This document shows, in pieces, positions 38,073 to 51,195 of a stretch of 64,000 nt of DNA. Each line of letters opens with the position of its first letter. Within the stretch, counting starts at the first letter, position 1. Source of the stretch: Octopus vulgaris. Its lineage: Eukaryota. Where the stretch lies: positions 88,288,001 to 88,352,000 of the forward strand of contig OX597815.1 of assembly GCA_951406725.2 (NCBI GenBank), read 5' to 3'. The notes under the pieces are model-generated. The model did not search any database. It was not told the DNA's origin and saw only the letters and a list, made by a program, of their open reading frames with translations. Both the position numbers and the translations under genes were made by a program.

Positions 38073-38167
38073 CTAAAGAACAATAAAAAGAAGAAAACGT
38101 AAGATGAAAGAAATAAGCTTAAGTACCAATAATATAACTTCTAATTTAAAATCATTCAGTTACTTAC
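38073..38167 (-). other. Probable 95-nt 5'UTR intron of CHM
   Basis: Minus strand has a GTAAGT donor at 38167-38162 and a long pyrimidine tract ending TTCTTTAG at 38073, 19 nt before the ATG. Confidence 0.65.
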
Positions 38168-38169
38168 AT

Positions 38170-38399
38170 CGATAAAGTATTCTATTAGCAGCAATATTTC
38201 TCCGATAGTTATTAAAGCGTCAACGACGAGCTATTCCCAAGTAGTTGATATATGGGAGTTATCTTTTCTTATACGAGCTCTTGTCAAATGTCGTGACAGT
38301 TACTTCCCCTAAGTATTAATTTATTATGCTGATAGGTGGCACTACAGTAGAAGTAATGTCGTGACTGCAGAAAGGAGTCTGTCTCTGAATTTGTACAAT
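38170..38399. promoter_or_regulatory. Putative bidirectional CHM/TTC1 promoter with flanking non-coding first exons
   Basis: Locally CpG-enriched; minus-strand donor at 38167 and plus-strand donor GTGAGT at 38400 face outward; CTCF-like TAGGTGGCACT at about 38333-38343. Confidence 0.5.
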
Positions 38400-39924
38400 G
38401 TGAGTCGTGTGTTAATATTTGTGTAAATTATATTTCTTTTGATATAACTTATCGTTATTACTATCAAACAATATTCAACTGTGTTTCGTTTTATGTCGGT
38501 AAACTAAATTATTTTATGAGTATTTTCACTTTTAATTTTCGCCTGTATCCACATATTTCCATAACAGAATTTCGAGAAGATTACGACTGAAAAACAGGAC
38601 TCCCTACCTTATAATATATAGACTATATTAATTGAAGATTAAATAACTTACAATTTGCACAGTTTAAAAAATACTGTTGGATTGAAGCGCTTGTACAAAT
38701 GAAAGGTATTTATTCTTCAGTATAATGGAGTCTAGAAGTTTCTTAAGTAATATTAAAAGAATAAAATGCAAGTATAATAACGAGAAAGTAAATTCTGAGA
38801 CACTGAAAAACCCTTTTGATACCAGCCCACTTGAGACAGCTCCTCACTCTATTGATATTAACTTCTTGTGAGCTAAATTTCAACCATCCATCAAAATTTC
38901 ATGCTATTTCATGTAGCAAATTCCAAATAAGAGTTATATTATCCTATTTTAAATAAGGTGTGTCAAAATGATGCTACATGAGAAGAATAACTCGGGACAG
39001 CAAGGATGTTAATATACACAAATATTTAAAGTGAAAATGAATTATAAAATAATTTGACGTGAAACGAAATATACCCTAACATTGAATATGTATTTGTAAC
39101 AATGTTTTGCTTTCTCTGGTCAGCAAACTGTATATTGACCCTTTCTCGATTATCACAACTTCCACAAACGATATCATTTTACAGTCGCCATGGAGTAACT
39201 TCGTAGAATCACTTTCACATTCAGTTTATTTTTGTTAGCGGCGAATATATAGGTGTAAACGGACCCTCCCCCCCTTATTTTATTTTTTTTACGGAATCCC
39301 ACGTTTTAGGCCACGAAGATTCCGATTTGGAAAAAAACATTTCAAGAATCACAACTTCAAAGTTTTATCCCCGCCCCCCGATTTCTTCATTTTCTCCGGG
39401 ATTTTTTTTTTCTTTTTGTCAAATACATAGAAAAATACGGAGATCATGATTCCGAAAAGAAATCGTTTGTAAAATCTCAATTTGAAAAAAAATAAAAATA
39501 ACCCCCCTCCCCTCATTATTCTACGGCCTTGGCCTTCAAGCAGGCTATTCACTTGCTAGAAATAACAGCTAAATCTCACAAAACTGCGATGTCATAATGA
39601 AAGAAATATGTAATCAACCTACTCGCCTTACTGCAAATATTTCGTTCAGAGTAATTTCCTGCAATGATATGACAAAGTGAAATTAAAGTGTTAATTTCAT
39701 TTTTTTTTTTTTTTTGAAAGTTACAAAAAATATGAGTGCAGAAATAACACCAAACTCTTTTGAAAAACGAAAAGTAAAAATAGCAAAGAAATACTGTGAC
39801 AAAGTGAAATTAAAGTGTTCATTCATAGCGTGTGTGCAAACACACGTTTTACTTGTGGCAATAATGCCGTTTGTTTTCAAAAAAATCCATTATTTTCTGT
39901 GGAGCAAGCTGCTTCAATATTTCC

Positions 39925-41640
39925 TCAAGTGAATACTATCCGAATTGACAATACCTTGGTAGATGAAGCAATTAAGGATATGAAAACAGGGAAAAACCCC
40001 TGGCCCATCAGGGATCACTGCCGAGATGCTTAACATATCTGGCAGTGTGGTTATAGTCTAGTCACTCATATTGTAAATCAGGTGGTTCACGAAGGAGTCA
40101 TACCCAATGACTGGTGTAGCGGCACCATAGTCAACTGCCCCAAAGGTAAAGGTGATACCTTAGATAGAAATAATTATAGAGGTATCAAATTGTATTAGGT
40201 GTTGAAAGTTACGGAGAGAGTTTGTCTAGATGAGATGCAGTTTGGTTTTGTGCCAGGGAGAAGCACCACTGATGCTGTATTCCTGGTAAGGCAACTGTAG
40301 GTGAAATACTTAACCAAATATAAACCTCTGTCCTTGGCTTTGTTGACTTGACAGGACCCCCTGATCCCTTATCTGGTGGTCAATGTGGAAACTAGGAATA
40401 GATTAGTGGTTGTTGAGAATTATACAAGCCATGTACAGGGATGCTACCCTAAGATGAGGGTTGGCAATGAGTACAGCGAAGAATTCAGGGTACAAGTAGG
40501 GGTTCACCAAGGATTGGTCCTCAGCCCAATCTTGTTCATCATAGCCCCTCAGGCAATAACAGAGGAATTTAAGACAGACTGCTCCTGGGAGCTCCTCTAT
40601 GCTGATGACTTTTATAGTTGAATCACTATCAGAACTGGAGAAGTTTCAGGTGTGGTAGCAAGGTCTAGGATCGAAGGGCCTTAGAGTTAACCTAGCAAAA
40701 ACCAAAGTCTTAGTAAATAAGAAGGCAGACAAATCACAAATCCCTTTGGGTAGATGGCCCTGCTCAATCTGTAGAAAAGACGTAGGTAGGAACTCCATAA
40801 GATGTACGTGCTGTAAGCTATGGATACATAATAGGTACAGCAATATGAGAGGAAGGTTAACAGGGAAATAGCTTTTGTGTGTGAAAGATGTACAGGTACA
40901 ATAAACACCGAAAATGTATAGAAAATAATCAACTGCCAGTGGGGTAAGCTAGAGGTAGTAGACAGCTTCCGTTATCTAGGTGACCAAGTTAGTAGAGGTG
41001 GTGGATGCACTGAGAGCATAGCTGCGAGAATAAGATTTGACTGTGCAAAGTTCAGAGAGCTCCTACCTCTGCTGGTAACAAAGTGCCTCTCCTTGAGAAA
41101 GAAATGCAGATTGTATGATGCCTGTGTGCAAACAGCTATGGTACATGGCAGTGAAACATAGGCCTTGACAGCTGAGGACATGTGCAGACTTCAAAGAAAT
41201 GAAGTCAGTGTGCTTCACTGGCTGTGTAATGTCAGTGTGCATGTTTGATAGAATGTAAGCATCTTGAGAGAAGAATTGAGTTTAAGAGGCATCAGATGTG
41301 GTGTACAAGAGAGATGAGTGCACTGGTATGGTCATGTGATGCATATGGACGAGGACAGCTGTGTAAAGAAGAGCTAGTCTTGAAGCTTGGATGGAACCTA
41401 TGGAAAAGGTAGACCCAGGAAGATATAGGACGAGGTGGTGAAACATGATCTTCGAACTTTGGGCCTCACAGGCAATGACTAGTGCTTGAGAAAACCCGTC
41501 AATCCGAGTGAGATCGTGGTCATGGCTGATGCTGGTGTCACATAACTGATACCCATACCAGTGGCATGTAAACACCTTTCGTGTGTTGGGCCTCACGGAG
41601 GCAATGGCTGAAACCTTTGGCATTATGTTGTACCATAATG
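39925..41640 (+). mobile_element. Decayed RTE LINE fragment
   Basis: Homologous to 23590-25260 with many stops and frameshifts; LLYADD and PHD-like cysteines retained. Confidence 0.88.
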
Positions 41641-41659
41641 TCAAGTAAAGTCTATCAAC

Positions 41660-42265
41660 CCTTCAAGCCAAATAAAACCACTGTTGCATCAGATAGCGCA
41701 TCCCCTACACTGTTTTACCAGTCTCTCAATTTGCTTGTCCATATTCGGCCAATAAACATAGCTCCTCATGAGGCTCTTCATCCGGACAATCCCCAGATGT
41801 CCTACATGGAAGTCTTAATACTCTGTACTGCAGTGCTTCAGGTATTACCACTCTTTGTGCATATAATAATACCTCATCACATACTGAATAGTGCTTTGAA
41901 CCTGTATCCCACTCATTAATATTTTTCATGCTACTCAACATTTTTATGAACCTATCTTTTCCTGATTCCAATTTAATTTGTTCCAGCATTACCTGTAAAT
42001 CATGTACTACATTGCACAAAATGTTCTTCAGTTCCATTTCTTGTTTTAACGATACAATCACTGTAGTAAAAGTAGTTCCTTTGTCCCGTTTGTAGTGAAA
42101 TTCTTCAATGAAATTTGCAACACCGTCCACTGAAAATGATTGTCGTATTTCTCGACTGCAGTAACAATTCTGTTAACTTCTGTAGTTGTTGCTTTTGTTG
42201 TTTGACAATTGCTTTCAGTAACTCTTCCTTTTCGGTGCTATTCGAAACCTCGTCATCAGTGTCCA
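41660..42265 (-). mobile_element. Gypsy LTR-retrotransposon internal fragment (gag start fused to integrase Zn-binding region)
   Basis: Minus strand RVVIPEALQ..V, then FHVGHLGIVRMKSLMRSYVYWPNMDKQIERLVKQCRGC (HHCC motif); gag-like LLKAIVKQQKQQ..IEEFHY. Confidence 0.78.
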
Positions 42266-42269
42266 ATGA

Positions 42270-43868
42270 AGGGAAGGTACGCATAAGTGGGCTGGTTACA
42301 CCCTTGGTATAGGCCACAAGGTTATGGTCTCACTTGGCTTGCTGGGTCTTCTCAAGCACAGCATATTTCCAAAAGTCTCGGTCACTGGTCATTGCCTCAG
42401 TGAGACCTAATGTTCGAAGGTCGTGCTTCACCACTTCATCCCAGGTCTTCCTGGGTCTACTTATTCCACAGGTTCCCTCAACCGCTAGGGTGTGGCACTT
42501 TTCCACACAGCTATCCTCATCTATTCTTGCCACATGACTGTACTAGCGCAGTCGTCTCTCTTGCACACTACATCTGATGCTTCTTAGGTCTAACTTTTCT
42601 CTCATGGTACTTACGCTATGTTGAGTATGCCACACTGATATTACACATCCATCGGATCATACTGGCTTCATTCCTCGCAAGCTTACGCATGTTCTCAGCA
42701 GTCATGTAGCATGGCTGTTCATACACATGCGTCATACAGTCTACCTTTTTCTCTGAGCGAGAGGCCCTTTGTCACCAACATAGGTAAGAGCTCTCTGAAC
42801 TTTGCCCAGGCTATTCATATTCTAGCAGCTACACTTTCAGCGCACCCTCCCCTGCCACTGACTTGGTCACCTAGGTAACGGAAGCTATCAACTGCTTCTA
42901 GTTTTTCTCCCTGGAATGTGGCAGAAGTTGTTCTCTGCACATTTTCAGTGTTATTTAACTATCTTCCCAGTTAGCCTTCCTTTGATATTGCTGCACCTCT
43001 TATGTGTCCATAGCTTACACTGGGTACATCTTATAGAGTTTCTACCCATGCCTTTTCTACAGATCGAGCAGGGCCATCTACCTGAAGGGATTTGTGGTTT
43101 GCCTGCCTTCCTACTTATTAGGACTTTGGTTTTAGCCAGGTTGACTCTAAGGCCCCTCGATCCTAATCCTTGTTTCCACATTTGAAACTTCTCTAGTTCT
43201 GATAGTGACTCAGTAATTAGAGCAAGGTTGTCAGCATAGAGGAGCTCCCAGAGGCATCCTGTCTTGAATTCCTCTGTTATTGCCTGGAGGACTATGATAA
43301 ACAGGAGGGGGCTAAGGACTGAACCTTGGTGGACCCCTACCTTCACCCGGAATTCTTCATTGTACTTGTTGCCAACCCTCACCTTACTAGCAGCATCCCT
43401 GTACATGGTTTGCACAGCTCTCACTAACCATTTATCTATCCCTAGTTGCCTCATTGACCACCAGATAAGGGATCGAGGGACCCTGTCAAAGGCTTTCTCT
43501 ATGTCAACAAAAGCCAGGTATTTCTCCTGCTGCTGTCTAACCAGAAATATAGCATTAGTGGTACTTTTCCCTTGCACAAACTCAAACTGCATCTCATCTA
43601 AACTGACTCTCTTCCTTATTAGTTGGGTTATGACCCTCTCCGTGACCTTCATTACCTGATCTAACAACTTGATACCTCTGTAATTATTTCTATCTAAAGC
43701 GTCACCTTTTCCTTTGTAGCAGTTGACTATAGTGCTGCTACACCAGTGTATCACCTGGTTAACTATACGGATGACTAGGCTATAACCGACACTGCCAGAT
43801 ATTTTGAGCATCTCTGCAGTGATTCTTGATGGGCCTGGGGCTTTCCCTGTCTTCATACTCTTAATTGC
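42270..43868 (-). mobile_element. RTE LINE fragment
   Basis: 301-aa ORF MKTGKAPGPS...AFDRVPR...LLYADN...WPCSICRKG. Confidence 0.92.
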
Positions 43869-44863
43869 TGTGTATATATATATATATATATATATATGTA
43901 GATGTATATATATGTATGTAGATATGGATATAGATGTTATGTGTAAGTATATGTGTATAGATATATATATGCCTATCCATATTTATATGTGTGTATATAT
44001 ATATATGCACACACATGTATATCAAGTCATACATACACGTATATATATATATATGCCTGGAGTGCCGTAATGCAGGAAATTCTTTATGAAGTGTTTGGGG
44101 TTTCAGAAGGTGTTTGTGTTACATTACACTGAATATTGTGTTAGGGTATTGGATTACTGGCTGAAGGCTCAGCAGTTTCTATCCTATCTAAGCAGTCTTC
44201 TAAATGTATTGTATCCAAGCTGACTTGTATAATGATCATGCTTTCTGTAATGCAAACCCGAAGCCAATGCATAAAAAAATTTCTTTTAGAACCTTCTGAT
44301 TCTAGCCATTTCTTTTTATTATTCTCTTTCCTAAAATCCTCTGCCAAGCATTATAACCAGTTCTTTGAGCTTACAAGCGTGTGTCTATGTGATTGCATGA
44401 CCTGCTAGAAACAATATTTGAATATTCAGATCACATAACTTCCGTCACCTCAAATATTCTAGGAATAAAAAAAAAAGGTTGTGATGGTCACTATTAGAAT
44501 GTTGTTGGATCAAAGCTGACCTGCGATTCTCACAGCAACCTATACTTTTTGAGGATTGTTGGTCCTTTTATAGTTCCTTCACTTTCATATATTTTCTTTA
44601 CAACATTTGCTAGTTGAACTCCTATATGGTATATAGTATGAGATAATGTGACTCATTTCATGTTTATTTACTCTCAGGTCAGTTAGTTACATTAGTCTGT
44701 TGTGAAATCTTTATGTATTTTATCTGCCTTTTTTCTTTTGTTTCAGAATGGTTTTGGAGTTACAATTAGGGATATTGTAAAATATATTTTCATATAAATA
44801 TATGTACATAGACATACATATATCTGAATAATCAGGACAAAGTGTGTGACTAGCAGTTCAAAA

Positions 44864-45235
44864 ATGGCAGAAGATTGCTTAACACATGCCGAAAACAAAC
44901 TTTCTTCTTTGTCTCTAGCTGACCAAGATGCAGTGAGCTGTCATCATTGCAACAATGATGAATATGATTCGAACTGCAAAAATTGCTGCAGTAAATTAGA
45001 TGGCAGGAATGAGGAGGAAAAGTTGGACCATGTAAAGGAGACATACAACTCGGAGAGCGAAGATGACAGTGGTGGAAACTTTGAGGACACCGATGAACAG
45101 ATTCACAAAGCAACAGAGGGTGCAACAGCACCAAGTACAGATGATGAATACCATTCTGCTGATGAAGGTGATATTCAAGTTGATGAGGAACTGTTGAAGA
45201 ATATGGAGGAAACTTTATCAGATGAAGAAAAGAAG
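44864..45235 (+). CDS. TTC1: Tetratricopeptide repeat protein 1, first coding exon (acidic N-terminus)
   Basis: aaaATGG start; acidic region ending DEELLKNMEETLSDEEKK|gtaaag (human DEEYLIELEKNMSDEEKQ). Confidence 0.85.
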
Positions 45236-48200
45236 GTAAAGTGTATGTTTGTACTTGTGAGAATGAGAGTGAGTGCATGTACTCTTTATGACCTTTAATT
45301 TTGTGATACATTTTAAACTAAACAATCAGTCATTTGCCTTTTATGATTTTGGGGTTGATAAACTACCAATTCTGTATGGGGTTCAGTTCCTCTGTTTCTT
45401 TATCTTCTTGGAAGACATTGACTGTGACCAGATTTGGAAAGAGATAGACTTTACCAGAACTGAAAATGGGTGAATGAAAATTGCTCTGAAGGTGAACAAG
45501 ATAGAAATCTTGAATGTTTAATGAGCAAAATCTACTTTGACACTGTCAAGCAAAGTGTAGAGGCCACTTCTAAACAGAGGGTTAGGGAAAGATATACATA
45601 CACACTCGTACACATATATGTCATCATCGTTTAATATCTACTTTTTTCATGCTTGCAGGGGTCAGATGAAATTTGTTGAGGTAGATTATAGCTGGATGCC
45701 CTCTCTGTTGCCAATCCTCACCTATTTTCAAGCAAGATAATAATTCCCCATGGCTAGATATGTTTTTCATGGAAGACTGGATATGAACAATGTTGCTTGT
45801 ATGACTTTTGCTTATTTACAACTATTGTGTGATGTCAAGACAAAGTACACACACAAGCACACACACCAGGCTTCTTTCCATTTCTCCCTACTGAATCCAG
45901 TCCTAAGGCTATAGTGGAAATTTCTTGTCCAAGGTGCTCTGCTGTGGTACTGAACCTGAAATTACGTGGTTGGGAGGCAGACATAATAACACAGTCACAT
46001 ATATGTTTCATTAATTTATATCATATTTTATTATAGTTTGTTATTCCTCAGTACATAAGATTGTATTTCTTTATTGTACCTAAAATGCATTGTTTATTTT
46101 CAGACAAAACCATACTCAAATTCTATACTCTTTCTTCAACCAAAAAAGAAAAAAAAGTGTAAATAGTTATTTACACTTGCAGCTATTTTTAACCTTTGAA
46201 CATTACCATTCCAACCACAGTTGTTGTAGATCAACACCTGTAAAAACCAGAAGAAGAAATAACATTGATCTTAAACTACTAAATAAATACAATGTGATTT
46301 GTTATACACATTCACCCACATGATAAACTCACAATCACTGTAAGGTGGTTGGCACTGGGAAGAGCACTCAGTCATAGAAACCATGTCAAAGCTGACATTG
46401 GAGATAGATGCAGCCCTTTGGCTTACTGGACCCCGTCAAACTGTCCAGTCTATGCCAGCATGGAAAACAGGTTAAATGATGATGATGATCATCATCATTG
46501 TTTAACATCTGCCCTCCATGCTAGTATGGATGGGATGGTTTCACAAGAGCAGGCTATGCGGAAGCCTGCACCAGACTTCTGTGACTGTTTTGGCAGGACT
46601 TTTACAGCTGGATGCCCTTACTAACACCAATCACTCAGTGATTCATATTTGTTAGTGTTTCTACATCATTGTCTTTCCTTGTCTCCTGATTTACCTTTTA
46701 TATTTTTTAATTTTTATCCTTATACATATTTATATTTTGTTTTCATTTATATTTTCTCCATCCTACTTCTTACTCTTTTTGGTTTGATCCATCCTACTTC
46801 TTACTCTTTTTGGTTTGATCCATCCTTAATTTTGATTTAATTGCCAAATTTTACTTGCAGATTCTTCTGCCCATACTGCTACTACTATTACTACACCCCC
46901 TCCTCTCACAATTCTGTCCTCTGGCAAACCTCACTCACAGCCATCTCCCCCAAACCTCCAACACCTCACTACAGGCTCATCCAGCTTTCTCTCACAATCA
47001 CTTGCTATCTCTAAATATCTCCCCTCACACTCTTAAGATACATTTCCTCTATCCCCTCCTTACTACCTATACTCCCTCCCCAACTGTTCTATGTGGGTAG
47101 GCCCTCTTTTTCTTTTTATCTTTCTCTCTTGATTTCCCACCTCTTCTTCCTTATTCTACTGGGGTACTCAAGTATCTCTATAGTAAGACAATTCTCTCTC
47201 TCTCTCGTCTCCCTCTGCTTCCTTGTCCTACTCAGGTAACCAAGCATCTCCTCTGTAATAAGACTGCTATCCCTTATCTTCAGTCTTACTTCAGCTTCTC
47301 ACCTGGCACATGTCTGCTTCTTTCAGTTCCTCTCCCTCTCTTAGCTGAGACATCCTTGTCTTGCAAGCCACTTGGTGATCCTGTGGGTACTGGTACCATG
47401 TGAAAAGCACCCATCCCAATGTCATGTAAAGAGCATCTGTGCCAGCGTCACATAAAGAACATCTGTACTGGCATCATGTAAAAAATACCCGGTACAGTCT
47501 GTGAAGTGGTTGGCATTAGGAAGGGCATGCAGCTTAGAAACTATACCAAGGCAGATGATTGAGGCATGGTGCAGCCCTCTGGTTTGAATCATCCAACCCA
47601 TTCCAGCATCGACAATGGTTGTTAAATGATAATGATGATATGTATATGTTATATGGCTAAAAAGTGTACTTCTTAACCACATGATTTCGGGGTTCAGCTC
47701 CACTCTGAACAAGTGCCTTCTACTATAGCTTTGGGCTGACCAGAGCCTTGTGTATGAATTTGGTAGAAACTGAGAGAAGCCCATAGTATCTGTATGTGTA
47801 ATCCAGCCAATGCCACCATAGAAAACATGTTAAATTATGATGATGTGTGTGTTTGTGTCTACTTGTCTTGAGTTTGAGGGAGAAATGTAAATAAGTTTTA
47901 GCATCATACAAGTACTGTCATTTGTTTTTAGTCTTATGTGAAAACATATCCACCTAGAAGAAATACTACCTTGCTTGGAAACAAATGCAAATTGGTGATT
48001 TGCAGGGCCATCCAGCTGTAGAAAATCTGCTTGAACAGATTCTGTCTAACTTACGCTAGCATAGAAAAGTGGACATTAAAACGATGAATTGCACTCACTT
48101 AGGCATTACACATCTTGAGGCTATAGAAGAGTAGTGCCACACAGTGGAATTGAATGTGAAACCACATAGTTGAGCTGCATTTATGGCCTTGCTTTCACAG

Positions 48201-50004
48201 TATTAATGTATGTGTGTGTGTGTAAACACATATACACATACAATATACATCATCATCATCATCATCATTTAGCAAAGTAGATCCATACTGAAATGCCTTA
48301 TATGATGATGATCATGTAATGTTCTCCTTCCATGCTTGTGTGGATTGGACGTTTTGACAGGAGCTAGTGAGTCAGAAGACTGTGCCAAGTTCCATTGTGT
48401 GCTCTAGCATGGTTTCTGTGGCTGGATGCCCTTCATAATGCCAATCACTTTACAGTGTGTGCTGGGTGCTTTTTTACACGTACCAGCAGCAGTGAGGTTA
48501 CCAGGAAGCTTATAAGACAAGACCCCACAACTGAGTATTGAGGGAGGTGGCCTTGTACCAGGTGATGGGAGGTTAAATTATGAACTGAGGAACAGAAATG
48601 GGTGTCTTGCAGTAAAGAAGATTTGTGGTTACTTCACTTAGAAAGAGAGATGGTGAAGATGACATGGGTGAGGAGTGAACACATGGAAAAGGGAGACCCA
48701 AGAAGACATGGGATGAAGGATGACCTCAGGATGCTGAACGTTTCAGACAAGATGATAAAGGATCGAGATACTTGGTGCCTTGTTGTACTCAAGGAGACCC
48801 ATACTCCACAGCAGAAATGTTAAAGCTGCTTCTGTTGGTGAAGAAGATGTGGTGCCATGTAAAAGCATCCAGCACACTCTGTAAAGTGGTTGGCATTAGG
48901 AAGGGCTTTCAACCATAGAAACCGTGCCAAATCAGACTGGTGCTTGTGTAGCTCTCCATCTTATCAGCTCTGGTCAAACCATCCAATCCCTGCTAGCATG
49001 GACAATGGATGTTAAATGATGATGAGGAATCAGAGACTAGATTAGTGAGTGGGAAAATTTGCGACACTGCTAAAGGAGAGTGGGGACTGGAGTATGTGGA
49101 TATAAGTAGGAGGGGCATTAGGAGTATATGTTGTGGAGAAAAGAATTGACAGGGACACATTGTATGCAAGAAGGTTTGCAAGGGTGTGAAGTGGGAGTGA
49201 TAGATAGAGGGTAGGGGAATACAGCAGATTTTGAATACAGGTGGAGAAAAGGTTTGTCAGGGTCATGGACATAAACGATATACCTTTATGGCCTTGATTT
49301 TACTTAGCTGGATGGGTCTTCTCAAGTAAAGCAAATCACCAATAATCTTACTCCTCTGCCATCTCCTCTGTGAGGCTCAACATCTGAGGATCATTTTACA
49401 GTAAAATCCGTCTTCTTTGAGTTCCTTCCACATCTGGAGATCAGCACTTTATGCAGCTGTCTTCATCTATGCTCTTAACATGACTATACCAGTGCATACT
49501 ACATATAATGCCTTTTATATTCAGTTTTTCTCTCAACACATTTACATTGGTCATCATTTAACATCTGTTGTCCATACTGGCATGGGTTGGACGGTTTGAC
49601 CAGGGCCCAGTCTGATTTGACATGGTTTTCTACAGCTGGATGCCCTTCCTAATGCCAACCACTCTGAGAATGTAATGGATGCTTTTACGTGCCACCGGCG
49701 TGGGTACTATTTGCGTGACACCGGGGTGTTATGTGCTATGGGTACTGATGCTATTTGTGTGACACTGGTATCTGCCACGACTACGATTTTGCTTGATTTG
49801 ATGAGTCTTCTTCTCAAGCACGACAATGCCAAAGGTCTCGGTCATTGCCTCTGTGAAGCCCAACACTAAATATATCTAAAATAATGAAGTAAATGTATAA
49901 TGAAATACTTTGTTTGACAGAATCTGGATCCTAATTTGAGTGTTTGTAAATAGTTATTGATATTAAATTAGTTATTGCTTTTTCACTTGTCTATCTGTCT
50001 GCAG

Positions 50005-50178
50005 GAACGGCAAGAATGTGCACAACAGTTTAAAGAAAAAGGTAATCAAGAATTCAAAGCGGGTAATTTTCAAGAAGCTATGAAGCTTTACTCCAAAGCC
50101 CTCCAAACGTGTCCATTAGCATTTTCCAAAGACAGAGCCATCATGTATTCCAATAGAGCTGCTGCATTTATGAGAATG
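50005..50178 (+). CDS. TTC1: TTC1 exon (TPR1-2)
   Basis: gcag|...|gtaaga; ERQECAQQFKEKGNQEFKAGNFQEAMKLYSKALQTCPLAFSKDRAIMYSNRAAAFMRM. Confidence 0.94.
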
Positions 50179-51009
50179 GTAAGAAAATGGAAATTTTTTT
50201 TGTTTCTTGTGTCTTTATTTTTATAAAGGTTTAAACTCTGTGAGTTTGTATCATGTAAAAGAATGTTTTTTATTGAAACATATGAAACCTTTCAATGTTT
50301 GGGACTTAATACTTTAGATTGAATTCTTTTTCCTTACATGCCCTATCTGTTGTTGGGTGGAAGTGAATCTAAAATATCAGTCTTTCATAAATCACTATTG
50401 TTATTATCATCATTATTTTAACATGTTTGCCATACTTTCATGGGTTGGGATAAATCTGCTGAAGAGCATGTCTCTTTCCACCTTGTCTTTCATTTCATAC
50501 CTGAATTCCAGATATGATCTCAACTGTTTCTCATGTCTTCCTTGGTCTTCTGTTACTAAAGTTCCTTTCACTCATAGCATGGGTTTCTTTTTCACCCACC
50601 TCTCATCACCTATTCCCGTCGTGAGTTATGCCATTTCAGTTGTCTCTCCTGTGCATTTGGTGCTTTTAATTCTAGCCTCTTTCTCAGTTTTCTTGTGCAT
50701 TCCTAACATTACAAAATCAACAGTTTCTACTTGCTTCACTTCTACAGAACTTCCACTTTCAGTGCTCCTGTCTTACTTACCATGCACCATCACACTGTTT
50801 TTGCATGCATCGTAGTCTACCTTTTCTGCAAAAAATTGCTAAACATCATCCTCAAGGGGGTTATTTAATGAATAATTTAACTTGTCATTATTGCTGTACT
50901 AAAAATATTGTGTAGAGAATTGTTGATTTTTACTGGGTTTTCTTTCCTCAGCAGATATTGGTTCCTGTTATTTCTTTGAATTTGAAATAATTTCAATGTT
51001 ATTTTCCAG

Positions 51010-51195
51010 CAAAAAAATAAAAAAGCAATTGAAGATTCCTGCTCAGCACTGGAATTGAATCCGGACTACTTAAAGGCTTTATTACGTCGTGCAGAATTAT
51101 ATGAGAAAGAAGACAAGCTTGAAGATGCCCTTCAGGATTACAAAAAGATTGTTGAAATGGATCCGTCTCAGCACGGTGCTCGTGCAGCATGCTTA
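51010..51195 (+). CDS. TTC1: TTC1 exon (TPR2-3)
   Basis: ttccag|...|gtaagt; QKNKKAIEDSCSALELNPDYLKALLRRAELYEKEDKLEDALQDYKKIVEMDPSQHGARAACL. Confidence 0.94.

Noticed and set aside
38054-38083. N-terminal extension MFFRFFIIDR of the 715-aa ORF
   Set aside because: Begins at a non-ATG codon inside a splice-acceptor pyrimidine tract; homology starts at MDDVLP.
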